Below, one piece after another: positions 21,049-31,050 of a DNA stretch of 64,000 nt. The stretch spans positions 640,001 through 704,000 of the forward strand of contig CAXXUK010000001.1 of the NCBI GenBank assembly GCA_963665125.2. Direction: 5' to 3'. The stretch's first letter is position 1. Each line of letters begins with the position of its first letter. The stretch comes from an uncultured Desulfarculus sp. (GTDB lineage Bacteria > Desulfobacterota > Desulfarculia > Desulfarculales > Desulfarculaceae). The translations under genes and the position numbers were made by a program. The notes beneath the pieces were generated by a model. That model made no database searches and was not told where the DNA came from. It worked only from the letters and a program-made list of their open reading frames with translations.

Positions 21049-22227
21049 TTACTCCCCGGCGGCCTTGTCGGCTACACGCACGGCCATGCCGTCGGTGACG
21101 AGTTTCATGTTGGTGACGACGACCTTGGCGCCGTCGGGCAGCCCCGGACTTATCAGGGCCTTGTCGCTGAACAGGCGGATCACATTGACTTTGTGGAACT
21201 TCAGGCGGTTGACCTTGTCCACCAGCCAGACCGTATCGTCGTTATGCAGGGACCAGCGCGGCAGTTCGGTGGCCGACGGAATGCCGTGGCCCATGATATT
21301 GACCTTGACGTACATGCCCACGGCCAGGGGCGGTGTGGTGTCATAAGGCTTGGGAACCTGGATGACCACCGGAACCAGTCTGGTCCTGGGGTCCAATTCG
21401 CCGGCCGAGCGCACCACCTGGCCGCTCCACTTGAGGTCCTGGCCGCCGAAGTTGGCCATCACCTCGGCCTTGGACCCGGGGCCGCTGGTGGCGGTCAGGC
21501 CCGGCACGTCGATCCAGGCCAGATCGCGGTCGTTAAGGTTAACCGTTATCTCCGCGGTCTCGGTGGAATAAATGTTGGCCACTGTTTGGCCCTTTACCAG
21601 GTATTGGCCTTGGTCAATGTGCTTGCTCACCACCCGGCCGTCGAACGGCGCCTTCAGGGAGGTGCGCTTCAATGAGAGACGGGCTTTGTCCAGGGCCGCC
21701 TTGGCCGCTTCCAGGGCCGCCTTGGCCGCTTCAAGATGGGGCTCCTTGGCCACCAGGGGCGGAGGCGAATCACTGCCGCCCTTGCCCAGATTGAGGCGGG
21801 ACCATTCCTCCTTGGCTACAACGACCTCTTCCTGGGCCAGTTGCAGGTTCTTTTCCGCGGTTTGGACCTCGGCCTTGCGTAAAATCACATCCAACTTGTA
21901 ATCTGCCGGATCGATCTTGACCAGTTCTTGGCCCCTCTTGAAGGAACCGCCCGGCACCAGTTGCTCGGAAACATAAACCACCGTACCAGCCACCTCTGCC
22001 GAGAGCGTGCCCCGGTGCAGGGGCGAGACGGCTCCCTGGCCCTCCACGATGGCCACCATGTCGCCGGTTTCAAACACCTGCACCCGTACCAGCGGTTTGT
22101 GCTCGACCTCCTGGCGTTTGGCCAAGGGCTTTTTGGCCATGGTCAGGGCCACCATCAACACCACGCCCAAGACCAGAAAGCCAAGAGACAGCGCTATTTG
22201 AATCTTGCGTTTGGATTTAACCTTCAT
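21049..22227 (-). CDS. RND periplasmic adaptor (MFP)
   Basis: N-terminal TM, coiled coil, LKAPFDG motif. Confidence 0.9.
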   Translation of the reverse strand: MKVKSKRKIQIALSLGFLVLGVVLMVALTMAKKPLAKRQEVEHKPLVRVQVFETGDMVAIVEGQGAVSPLHRGTLSAEVAGTVVYVSEQLVPGGSFKRGQELVKIDPADYKLDVILRKAEVQTAEKNLQLAQEEVVVAKEEWSRLNLGKGGSDSPPPLVAKEPHLEAAKAALEAAKAALDKARLSLKRTSLKAPFDGRVVSKHIDQGQYLVKGQTVANIYSTETAEITVNLNDRDLAWIDVPGLTATSGPGSKAEVMANFGGQDLKWSGQVVRSAGELDPRTRLVPVVIQVPKPYDTTPPLAVGMYVKVNIMGHGIPSATELPRWSLHNDDTVWLVDKVNRLKFHKVNVIRLFSDKALISPGLPDGAKVVVTNMKLVTDGMAVRVADKAAGE

Positions 22228-23669
22228 GATTGATTTCCCTTGGCCGTACGGGTTTGATTTGGTTGATCCCATCCACCGCCCAAAGCGCGGTGCAGGCTAA
22301 CGCGGTTGCTGAGGATGGCAAACTCAGTGAGAACCAGTTGATCTTCCAGGCTGTAGCGGGTGAATTGGGCCTCCAGGACCTGCAAGTAATCGCTCAGTCC
22401 ACGGATATAGCGGCTCTGGGCCGCGTCCTGGGTGGCAACGGCCTCCTTGAGGGCGGCCTTGACCAGTTCCCTCCGGGCCAGTTGCTCCTTGCGGGTCAGC
22501 AGGGCGTCCTCAACTTCTGAAAAAGCGGTGAGCACGCTTTTGGCCCAGGAGGCCACACCCTGGCGATAACGGGCTTCGGCCTGGCGCTGCCGGGCTTCCC
22601 GCAGCCCAGCATCGAATACGGGCGCCAGAATGCCCAGAGCCATATTCCATAATTCGTTCTGGGGACGCACCAACTGCTCCAGTTGGGTGCTGGAATAGCC
22701 CCAACTGCCAGTCAGGCTGATGGTGGGGAAACGCGCCGCCTTGGCCGCGCCGATGCGCGAGGTCAGGGCCTGCATGTTGGCTTCGGCCGCCAGAAGGTCG
22801 GGCCGGCGCATCAATAATTCCGAGGGCAGCCCCGGCGGCACGGGCGGCAGGACTTGATAATAATCGGCGCCGATTTTGCGAGCAGGGCTGGTCTTCGGGT
22901 ATTGGCCGGTCAATACGGCCAGGGCGTGCAGGGCCTTGCCCAGTTCCTGGCGCAGGCTGGGAACCCCGGCCTTGGCATTGGCCAGGATGCGCCTTGCCTG
23001 GCGCAGGGCCAGTTCCGATGTCAGGCCCCTGACATAGCGGCCCTCCACGAATTCCATGCTCCTTTGGTAGGCATAAATGCTAGACTCGGTGACCTGGAGC
23101 CGCCTTTCCTGGGTCTGCACGGTGAGGTGATAGACCACCACATTGGCAATCACCGTTTGGGCGATGGTGCGGCGGGTCTCCTCGGCGTTTAGCAATTCCG
23201 CCTTTGAGGCTTCTTCCAACCTGGCCAGACGCCCCCAAAGGTCAACCTCAAAGGTGGCGGCCACGGCGAGGTTGTAATTTTCGGTTTCCGCCGCGCCGGC
23301 CAAAAGCGACTGGGTGCGCTGTTTGCCGCCCGAGCCCTTGATATCCACTTGGGGGTAACGGGCGGCACGTGCCTGGCCGAACAACGCCTGCAACTCGTCC
23401 ACCCTGGCCGTGGCCTGGGCCAGGTCCTGGTTGCGCTGCAGGGCCATCTCCACCAGGCGATTTAGCTCCGGGTCGCCGAAGTCTTCCCACCAACGGGTCG
23501 AGTCCTGGAATGGACCGGCTTGCCCTGCCGCCTCCTGATAGGCCGGAGGCGGTTTGACCGGCAACTCCGGCCTGGCGTAATCCGGCCCGACCTTGAGACA
23601 GCCCGCGGACAGGACCAAGGCGGCCAGGGCGGCCAAGGAAAGGCAGATTCGCATTGTTTTGGCAATCAT
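22224..23669 (-). CDS. Outer membrane efflux lipoprotein (NodT/OprM family)
   Basis: Lipobox LSAGC, PSELLMRRPD, ALGGGW. Confidence 0.9.
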   Translation of the reverse strand: MIAKTMRICLSLAALAALVLSAGCLKVGPDYARPELPVKPPPAYQEAAGQAGPFQDSTRWWEDFGDPELNRLVEMALQRNQDLAQATARVDELQALFGQARAARYPQVDIKGSGGKQRTQSLLAGAAETENYNLAVAATFEVDLWGRLARLEEASKAELLNAEETRRTIAQTVIANVVVYHLTVQTQERRLQVTESSIYAYQRSMEFVEGRYVRGLTSELALRQARRILANAKAGVPSLRQELGKALHALAVLTGQYPKTSPARKIGADYYQVLPPVPPGLPSELLMRRPDLLAAEANMQALTSRIGAAKAARFPTISLTGSWGYSSTQLEQLVRPQNELWNMALGILAPVFDAGLREARQRQAEARYRQGVASWAKSVLTAFSEVEDALLTRKEQLARRELVKAALKEAVATQDAAQSRYIRGLSDYLQVLEAQFTRYSLEDQLVLTEFAILSNRVSLHRALGGGWDQPNQTRTAKGNQS

Positions 23670-24313
23670 GAACGGCCTCCATCGACATTGAAACCGTGAA
23701 TGCTGAATTCGGCGATGTGCCTTATGGATTTTTCGATTAGCCCATCAAGGAATTCCGGCCCCATCAGCGCTTCCATGATCGGCAAGACGTGCGAAAAATA
23801 GACCATCTGTCCGAAGACACTCATGCACTTGAACATGGCCTCTTGCCGGGACGTGCCGGGCATGGCCCTTTGGACTAGTTCGATAAGCACTTCATAAAAC
23901 GGTACGATAACTTCCTTGACGATCAAGTCGTAGGCCTCGGTGGGGGTGTCCAATTCCTTGTGAATCAGCCTGGCGTGGGTGGTCCGCTCCGCATGGTCCG
24001 ACAGTGGCCCATCCATGAAACAACGGATAAACACACCGATTATCTCTTCAACCGTTACGTCAGATTTTTGCTGAAGTTGCTGAAATAAGTGGAAATTTTG
24101 GGTGGCTCTCGGTATCCATCGTTGGCGGAAAACCTCCATGTACAGGTTCCACTTGCTGCCGAAATGATAATTGATCGCCGCCGTGTTGGTTTCCGCAGCT
24201 GCGGTGATTTCCCGGACGCTGACCGCCTCAAAGCCTTTATTGGCAAACAGGCGCTCCGCTTCGACGAGCAGCCGTTCCTTTGTGGGGTCGGTGTCGTTGT
24301 ATTGAGTTGCCAT
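23666..24313 (-). CDS. TetR-family regulator of the efflux operon (CecR-like)
   Basis: N-terminal TetR HTH (SVREIT...AINYHFGSK); first gene of operon. Confidence 0.85.
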   Translation of the reverse strand: MATQYNDTDPTKERLLVEAERLFANKGFEAVSVREITAAAETNTAAINYHFGSKWNLYMEVFRQRWIPRATQNFHLFQQLQQKSDVTVEEIIGVFIRCFMDGPLSDHAERTTHARLIHKELDTPTEAYDLIVKEVIVPFYEVLIELVQRAMPGTSRQEAMFKCMSVFGQMVYFSHVLPIMEALMGPEFLDGLIEKSIRHIAEFSIHGFNVDGGRS

Positions 24314-24334
24314 GGATATTCTCTCAAATGTTAG

Positions 24335-24367
24335 TTTAAAGCAACTGTAACAAACAGTTGTTTGAAA
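24335..24367. promoter_or_regulatory. Candidate TetR operator
   Basis: tttaaagcaactgt-N5-acagttgtttgaaa inverted repeat (12/14), with an embedded caaacagttgtttg near-palindrome. Confidence 0.55.
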
Positions 24368-24473
24368 CGCAAGTCACAAATTCCGGGATGAAAAAATTGT
24401 CTTAAATGCGCCGCTTGACCGTCAGCCCCTGGTCTGCCAACATTGAACGGACTTCTTCGCACTGGAGCCCCCA

Positions 24474-25829
24474 ATGGCCACAAACAAAACACCTCCCGCC
24501 GATCTGACGGAAATGATCCTGGAAGCCATCTCCGAGGGCGTTTTCACCGTTGACCCGGATATGAACATCACCAGTTTCAACCGGGCGGCCCAGGAGATTA
24601 CGGGGGTGCCCGTTGAAAGGGCGCTGGGCCGCAAATGTCATGAGGTGTTCCGGGCGGCCATCTGTGACGGCCAATGCCCACTGAAGGAGTCCATCAGCAC
24701 CGGCCGGCCGTCGGAAGAGGCCGAGGTGGAAATAACCAATGCCAACGGCTCGGCAGTTCCCCTGCGGGTACGGGCCGCAGCTCTGCGCGACGCAGACGGC
24801 AGGCTGCAAGGCGGTGTCGAAACATTCCGCGACGTCTCCACCGAGCGGCACCTGGTCAAACGGATAACCGAGGCCTACACCTTCTGCGACATCAAGGGCA
24901 AGAGCGAGCCCATGACCCGGTTGTTTTCGATCATGCCCGACGTGGCAGCCAGCAACAGCACCGTGTTGATCACCGGTGAGAGCGGCACGGGCAAGGAACT
25001 GGTGGCCAGGGCTCTGCACGATCTCTCCTCGCGCCATGAGGGCCCTTTCGTGGCCGTCAACTGCGGCTCCATACCCGAGACATTGATGGAAAGCGAGCTG
25101 TTCGGCCATCTTCGCGGCGCCTTTACCGGGGCCGAGCGGGAACGCCAGGGCCGGTTTGCCGCGGCAAAGGGCGGGACGCTTTTTCTGGACGAAATAGCCG
25201 AGATGCCCATAACCGTGCAGGCCAAGCTGCTGCGGGCCCTGGACCAGGGCGAGTACACGCCCCTGGGGGCCAATATGCCGTTGAAGGCCAAGGTGAGGGT
25301 GCTGGCCGCCACCAACCGCGATCTGGAGCGGGAGGCGGCCGAAGGGCGGTTTCGCCAGGATCTGTACTACCGGCTCAATGTTTTGCACCTGAGCATGCCG
25401 CCTCTCCGGGACCGCCGGGAAGACATACCGGTGCTCGTGGATTATTTTCTGGAACGACTGGCCGCCGAACGGGGCGAGGACCGCAGCGAGATCGGCTCGG
25501 CGGCCATGGGGCTGCTTTTGGAGCACAACTGGCCCGGCAATGTGCGGGAACTGCAGAACGCCCTTGAGCACGCGGTTGTGCTGGCCAGGGGCGGCCGGGT
25601 GGAGCCGCGGCATTTGCCCGAGAGCCTGCGCCGCCGCTTACGCCCACAGGTGGAACCGGTCAAGGCCGCGGCCGATCTGGATCTGGGCCACCGGGAGCAG
25701 AACGCCATCCGCCGCGCCCTGACCATGCACAAGGGGCATAGGGCCAAGGCGGCCGCCGAGTTGGGCATCAGCACCACCACGCTTTGGCGAAAAATAAAAC
25801 GCTACGGTATGGAGGCTGATTTCAATTAA
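24474..25829 (+). CDS. PAS-domain sigma54 activator (OrpR-like)
   Basis: PAS with CHE...IC...CP cysteines, GAFTGA, HTH; adjacent to orp-like operon. Confidence 0.85.
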   Translation: MATNKTPPADLTEMILEAISEGVFTVDPDMNITSFNRAAQEITGVPVERALGRKCHEVFRAAICDGQCPLKESISTGRPSEEAEVEITNANGSAVPLRVRAAALRDADGRLQGGVETFRDVSTERHLVKRITEAYTFCDIKGKSEPMTRLFSIMPDVAASNSTVLITGESGTGKELVARALHDLSSRHEGPFVAVNCGSIPETLMESELFGHLRGAFTGAERERQGRFAAAKGGTLFLDEIAEMPITVQAKLLRALDQGEYTPLGANMPLKAKVRVLAATNRDLEREAAEGRFRQDLYYRLNVLHLSMPPLRDRREDIPVLVDYFLERLAAERGEDRSEIGSAAMGLLLEHNWPGNVRELQNALEHAVVLARGGRVEPRHLPESLRRRLRPQVEPVKAAADLDLGHREQNAIRRALTMHKGHRAKAAAELGISTTTLWRKIKRYGMEADFN

Positions 25830-25940
25830 CATTTCATGTTGAAATTAAAGCATTGCAATGTGAAACTTAGACGGCCGGCCGCTAAAGCGGTTTGGCTGTC
25901 AACTATTTGAAATGACATGACTTGAGGCCATGCGAGCCTT

Positions 25941-25957
25941 TTGGCACGCAGGTTGTA
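25941..25957 (+). promoter_or_regulatory. sigma54 promoter of orp-like operon
   Basis: TTGGCAC-GCAGG-TTGT (-12 has GT instead of GC). Confidence 0.65.
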
Positions 25958-26028
25958 TCTCAAAATGCGCGGCATTGGCGGCTTTTGTCGACGCCGCCAT
26001 AATGCCACCAGAGTAAAGGAACTAAATA

Positions 26029-26877
26029 ATGACGCAAGACAACAACCAACAAATGCAGAGCATGGAACCGGTGGACGCCCGCGTGGAACGGGCCCTGGCC
26101 GAGATCCGCTTCAAGATCGTGGTAATGAGCGGCAAGGGCGGAGTGGGCAAATCCACCGTGGCCGCTTATTTGGCCTTGGGTTTGGCCGACAAGGGCTACA
26201 ATGTCGGCCTGATGGACGTGGACCTGCACGGCCCGTCCATCCCCCGCATGCTGGGCCTGCGCACCAACGCCGTGGTTCAGGAAGACGAACAGCTGATCAT
26301 GCCGCTGACCTACAACAAGAACCTCAAGGTCATCAGCATCGAGTCGCTCATGCCCAATCAGGACGCCTCGGTGATCTGGCGCGGTCCGCTGAAGATCGGC
26401 GTGATCAAGCAGTTTATCGGCGACGTGCATTGGGACCATCTCGATTTCCTGATCATCGACTCTCCTCCGGGCACCGGCGACGAGCCGCTGACCGTGGCCC
26501 AGACCGTTGAAGGCGCCTATGGCCTGGTGGTCACCACCCCCCAGGAAATCGCCTTGGCCGACGTGCGCAAGTCCCTGGACTTCTGCCGTCAGTTGGAACT
26601 GCCGGTGCTGGGCGTGGTGGAAAACATGGCCGGACTGGTCTGCCCCCACTGCGGCGAAATGATCAACCTCTTCGGCAGCGGCAACGGCGGCGTGGCAGAC
26701 ATGATCAACAAGTTCGGCCTGGAGAAGCTTGCCAGCCTGCCCATGGACCCGCGTTTGATTCAGGCGGCTGACCAAGGCCGTCCCCTAAAATTAATGATGG
26801 ACGACCAGGGCGCCGGACCGGCTTATCAGGAGCTTGTCTCCGGTGTACTTGATCGGACCGCTGAAAGGAATAAGTAA
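26029..26877 (+). CDS. Mrp/NBP35 Fe-S cluster carrier ATPase
   Basis: SGKGGVGKST, DSPPGTGD, ENM...CPHC. Confidence 0.9.
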   Translation: MTQDNNQQMQSMEPVDARVERALAEIRFKIVVMSGKGGVGKSTVAAYLALGLADKGYNVGLMDVDLHGPSIPRMLGLRTNAVVQEDEQLIMPLTYNKNLKVISIESLMPNQDASVIWRGPLKIGVIKQFIGDVHWDHLDFLIIDSPPGTGDEPLTVAQTVEGAYGLVVTTPQEIALADVRKSLDFCRQLELPVLGVVENMAGLVCPHCGEMINLFGSGNGGVADMINKFGLEKLASLPMDPRLIQAADQGRPLKLMMDDQGAGPAYQELVSGVLDRTAERNK

Positions 26878-27242
26878 TGGCAAAAATTGCTGTGAGTTCC
26901 CAGGGCCGTAATTTGGAGAGCCAGGTTGACCCCCGGTTCGGACGGGCGGCTTATTTCCTGGTGGTGGATTCCGATACCAACGAATTCATAGTTCTCGACA
27001 ACAACCAGGCCCGGGACATGGCCCAGGGCGCGGGTATTCAGGCCGCCGAATTGGTGGCCCGCTCAGGCGCCAAGACCATTGTCAGCGGCATGATCGGCCC
27101 CAAGGCCTGGCAGGCCCTGGAGGCCGCCGGCCTGGAGATCGTCCAGGAAGCCACGGGAACAGTGGCCGATGCTGTTAAGGGCTATATTGACGGCCGCTAC
27201 AAGGCCGGCGACAAACCCATGGGCGGTGGAGGCGCTTGGTGA
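26877..27242 (+). CDS. NifB/NifX-family (orange-protein-like) cluster-binding protein
   Basis: VDPRFGRA and GAGIQAA motifs. Confidence 0.85.
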   Translation: MAKIAVSSQGRNLESQVDPRFGRAAYFLVVDSDTNEFIVLDNNQARDMAQGAGIQAAELVARSGAKTIVSGMIGPKAWQALEAAGLEIVQEATGTVADAVKGYIDGRYKAGDKPMGGGGAW

Positions 27243-28129
27243 TACTGGCTGTCGCATCGGGAAAGGGAGGCACGGGCAAGACCACTGTCAGTGTGAGTTT
27301 GGCCGCCCTGTTGGCCCAGGAAGGGCCCACCACCCTGGTGGACTTGGACGTGGAAGCGCCCAACGCCCACCTGTTCGTGGAGCCGCATTGGCAGGAACAA
27401 GCCACACAATACCTGCCCGTGCCGGTGGTGGATGAATCCCGGTGCACCCGGTGCGCGGCTTGCAGCGATCTTTGCCAATTCAAGGCCATCGCCGTACTGG
27501 GCGATGTGATCGTAACCTTTGACCAGATGTGCCACGGCTGCGGCGGTTGCTGGACGGTTTGTCCGGAGCAATGCATCAGCCAAGGCCGGCGGGAGCTGGG
27601 CGAAAGCCTTTTAGGTCTTGCCGCCGACGCCGATGGCCTGCGTCTGGCAATGGGCAGGCTGCGCATCGGCGAAGCCATGAGTCCGCCGCTGATGAAAAGG
27701 GTGATGAAACTCATTCCGGCGGACGGCGACGTGATCATTGACGCGCCTCCGGGAACCTCGTGTCCGGCCATGACGGCCACTAGTTTCGCCGACGCCCTGG
27801 TGCTGGTCACCGAGCCCACGCCCTTTGGCCTGTATGACCTGTCCCTGGCCGTGGAGGCCATGCGTCCCCACGGCAAACCCATGGGCGTGATCATCAACCG
27901 GGCCGGCATGGGTGATGACCGGGTGCACGGTTATTGCCTGGAACAAGGCCTGCCCATCGTGGCGGAGATACCTTTTGACAAGAAAATTGCCGAGGGCTAC
28001 AGCAACGGCAAGAGGCTGGAGCAGATCCAGCCGGAAATAAGCAAGACGTTGAAGGATGTTATTGCCCATTTCAAGGTGCAATTGAGCGGGAACGGCGACG
28101 GGACCTGCCCTGGCGGAGATCCACGATGA
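27239..28129 (+). CDS. MinD-superfamily P-loop ATPase with ferredoxin insert
   Basis: ASGKGGTGKTT, two CxxCxxCxxxC motifs, DAPPGTSCP, VTEPTPFG. Confidence 0.88.
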   Translation: MILAVASGKGGTGKTTVSVSLAALLAQEGPTTLVDLDVEAPNAHLFVEPHWQEQATQYLPVPVVDESRCTRCAACSDLCQFKAIAVLGDVIVTFDQMCHGCGGCWTVCPEQCISQGRRELGESLLGLAADADGLRLAMGRLRIGEAMSPPLMKRVMKLIPADGDVIIDAPPGTSCPAMTATSFADALVLVTEPTPFGLYDLSLAVEAMRPHGKPMGVIINRAGMGDDRVHGYCLEQGLPIVAEIPFDKKIAEGYSNGKRLEQIQPEISKTLKDVIAHFKVQLSGNGDGTCPGGDPR

Positions 28130-28998
28130 AACAGCTACTCGTGATAAGCGGCAAGGGCGGTACGGGCAAGACATCCATCACTGCGGCGCTGGCGGCGCTG
28201 GCGGGGGACAAGATACTGGTCGATCTTGATGTTGACGCACCTGATATGCACTTGATCCTGAGTCCCTCGCCTCGCCGCCGGGAGCCATTTGTTTCCGGCG
28301 CCGTGGCCGAAGTGCGCCCCGAGGACTGCACTGCCTGTGGATTGTGCGCCGATTTATGCGCCTACGAGGCCATCAGTCTGGACGACGCCGGCATAGCCAG
28401 GGTCGACGGAGACTGTGAAGGCTGCAAGCTTTGCGTGGCCATGTGTCCGGTCCAGGCCATAGATTTTCCAGCCAGGGAATGCGGCCAATGGTATATCAGC
28501 GACACCCGCCTGGGCACCATGGTCCATGCGCTGTTGCACCCGGGACAGGAAAATTCCGGCCGGCTGGTCAGTCTCCTGCGGGAGCAGGCCCGGGAGTTGG
28601 CCGAGCACCAGGGCATAAATTTGGTGTTGGCCGACGGCACTCCTGGCATCGGCTGCCCGGTGATCAGCTCCCTTACCGGTGTTGATCTTGCCCTCATCGT
28701 CACCGAACCCACGCCCAGCGGCCTGCACGACCTTGAGCGGGTGGTGGGTCTGGGCGAACACTTCAAGGTCTCCATGAGCGTGCTCATCAACAAGGCCGAC
28801 CTCAACGGCGTCATGGCCGGGCGCATCGAGGACTTTTGCGCCAGCAAGGGCATACCATGTCTGGGCAGGCTGGATTTTGACCCGGCTTTTGTCGAGGCCA
28901 TGATCCAGGGCAAGTCAATTGTCGAGTTCGCCCCCCAAAGCCCAACAGCGGAAAAGATTCGCGGCATTTGGCAAAACCTGTCCGCCGAGTTGATGTAA
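28126..28998 (+). CDS. MinD-superfamily P-loop ATPase with ferredoxin insert (paralog)
   Basis: ISGKGGTGKTS, two CxxCxxCxxxC motifs, PGIGCPVI. Confidence 0.88.
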   Translation: MKQLLVISGKGGTGKTSITAALAALAGDKILVDLDVDAPDMHLILSPSPRRREPFVSGAVAEVRPEDCTACGLCADLCAYEAISLDDAGIARVDGDCEGCKLCVAMCPVQAIDFPARECGQWYISDTRLGTMVHALLHPGQENSGRLVSLLREQARELAEHQGINLVLADGTPGIGCPVISSLTGVDLALIVTEPTPSGLHDLERVVGLGEHFKVSMSVLINKADLNGVMAGRIEDFCASKGIPCLGRLDFDPAFVEAMIQGKSIVEFAPQSPTAEKIRGIWQNLSAELM

Positions 28999-29137
28999 CC
29001 CTCAATCAATCTGACCGCTTGCCGCACCGGCTTTGGAGGGGTATATTTGCCCAACCAGAGCCGGTCTATGTTTTTTATCGATTATGCGCTACCGGCCATT
29101 TACGGACTGTATTTCAAAACAACACGGAGCGATTCCA

Positions 29138-29590
29138 GTGGAAGGCCACAGCCATCAGCACGACCCTGAAAAAGATATGCAAGAGGCACTGGAAGAGGGG
29201 CTGGGAGAAAACTTCTTCAACCACGCCCTGACGCCTTCGAATATCGGCACTCTTCCCAACCCTGACGGCTTTGCCATGCCCAAGGGGGCCTGTGGCGACT
29301 TTATAGAACTGTATCTGCGGATCGAAGGCGACCGGATCATCGACGCCCGGTTTATTCCCCAGGGCTGCATGAACACCACGGCCAGCGGCAGCGCCCTGAC
29401 AGAGCTGGCCAAGGGGGCCACATTGGCCGAGGCCGCCGAAATCAGTGCCGAAAAAATCATGGACGTCCTGGGTGGGCTGCCCAAGGATCACCGCCATTGC
29501 GCGGTGCTGGCTGCGGCTACCCTCAAGGCAGCCATCCGCGACTATGTGAAGAAGAAAAACGGCGACTGGAAATCGGCCTACCGCAAATAG
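29138..29590 (+). CDS. IscU/NifU N-terminal-like Fe-S scaffold
   Basis: ACGD, GC, HCA cysteines; GTG 29138 with GGAG RBS. Confidence 0.8.
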   Translation: MEGHSHQHDPEKDMQEALEEGLGENFFNHALTPSNIGTLPNPDGFAMPKGACGDFIELYLRIEGDRIIDARFIPQGCMNTTASGSALTELAKGATLAEAAEISAEKIMDVLGGLPKDHRHCAVLAAATLKAAIRDYVKKKNGDWKSAYRK

Positions 29591-29595
29591 GTAGG

Positions 29596-31050
29596 TCAGG
29601 CCGCCCCCGGCAGCCGGACGGTGAAGGTGCTTCCCTTGCCGGGCCGGCTGCTCAGCTCTATGACCCCGCCGCAAGACTCCACCACCCGTTTGACGATCGG
29701 CAGGCCCAGACCCGTTCCCACGATGTTGCGGGTATTGGCGTCCTTGACCCGGTAAAAGCGGTCAAATATCTTGCCCTGTTCATCGGCCGGTATTCCATAA
29801 CCAGTGTCCTTGACCTGGATCACGGCCCAACCCTGATCCTGCTTGGCCTGCACGGAAATAGAACCATCTTCCGGGGTGTAGCGAACGGCGTTGCTGACCA
29901 GGTTGACAAAGACCTCCTGCAACTCCCGGGCAACTCCGCGAACCTTGGGCAGGTCCGGGCTTATCTCCAGGGACAGGCTTTGGGCTTTGTCCGCGGCCCC
30001 GGCGCGCATGATATCCACCGATTCTTCCACAATGGCCGTCAGGTCCAGTTGCTCGTCGGCCTCGCCCATCACCCCGGCTTCGATCTTGGACAGATCCAGT
30101 AAATCACTGCTGAGGTTGATTATGCCCTGGATGCGGCTGCGGGCCCGGTCGACGATGCCCTTTTGACGGTCATTCAGGCCGCCGGCCAGGCCCTGGGAAA
30201 GGTTTTGCAACTGGTTTAAAACCGACGACAGGGGGCTGGCGATTTCGTGAGCCACGGTGGAGACATATTCGTTCTTCAATTCGTCCAGGCGCTGGATTGC
30301 CGTGATATCGTCAAACACGGCCAAGGTTCCCACGGTTTTGCCCCGGATGTCCAGAAACGGCCCGCAACGCACCTGTAAATACACCGGCTCGCCGGAGATG
30401 CCGGAGTCCATGGTGCAGTGGATCACCTCGCCGTCGGCGGCCTTTCCCTGAAGCACCTCACCGAGCGTTTCGATCACTGCGGGGCAGTCTATGACCTCGG
30501 CCAAATCCCGGCCCTGTACTTGTTTGTCATCGCAACTGGCCAGTTTGCCCAGGGCCTGGTTCATCAAGACTATTTTGCCCTGGTCGTCCACCACCAGCAC
30601 GCCGTTGCTCATGGCCTCGATGAGCACCCTGGTGCGGCTGCGCTCCACGGCCATGTCCTGCAGGGTGGACACTCGCTTGAGCACCCGCTCGATGACCAGA
30701 CGCAGTTCCTGGGGCTTGAACGGCTTGGCCAGGAAATCGTCGGCGCCCTGTTTCATGGCCTCGACGGCCTTTTCCAGGGTGGCATAGCCGGTTATGACCA
30801 CAAAGGCCAGGGTCGCGTGTTGCCGCCGGGCCTGGCCGATCATCTCCATGCCGTCCATGACGGGCATCATCAGGTCCACCAGCACCAGGTCGGGTTTGTG
30901 GGCCTCGATGGCCTCCAGGCCTTCCCGGCCGTTGGCCGCGTCAAAGACCTCCATACCCATGGTTTCCAGCACCCGCCGTACTGCCGTGCGGATGCGATCT
31001 TCATCGTCTACCACCAGGATGCGGTTTGGGCTGTCTGGACTCACGATCAA
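29596..31050 (-). CDS. Hybrid REC-PAS-histidine kinase
   Basis: N-terminal receiver, AHEIASPL H-box, NLVSNA, GTGLGL. Confidence 0.9.
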   Translation of the reverse strand: MIVSPDSPNRILVVDDEDRIRTAVRRVLETMGMEVFDAANGREGLEAIEAHKPDLVLVDLMMPVMDGMEMIGQARRQHATLAFVVITGYATLEKAVEAMKQGADDFLAKPFKPQELRLVIERVLKRVSTLQDMAVERSRTRVLIEAMSNGVLVVDDQGKIVLMNQALGKLASCDDKQVQGRDLAEVIDCPAVIETLGEVLQGKAADGEVIHCTMDSGISGEPVYLQVRCGPFLDIRGKTVGTLAVFDDITAIQRLDELKNEYVSTVAHEIASPLSSVLNQLQNLSQGLAGGLNDRQKGIVDRARSRIQGIINLSSDLLDLSKIEAGVMGEADEQLDLTAIVEESVDIMRAGAADKAQSLSLEISPDLPKVRGVARELQEVFVNLVSNAVRYTPEDGSISVQAKQDQGWAVIQVKDTGYGIPADEQGKIFDRFYRVKDANTRNIVGTGLGLPIVKRVVESCGGVIELSSRPGKGSTFTVRLPGAA

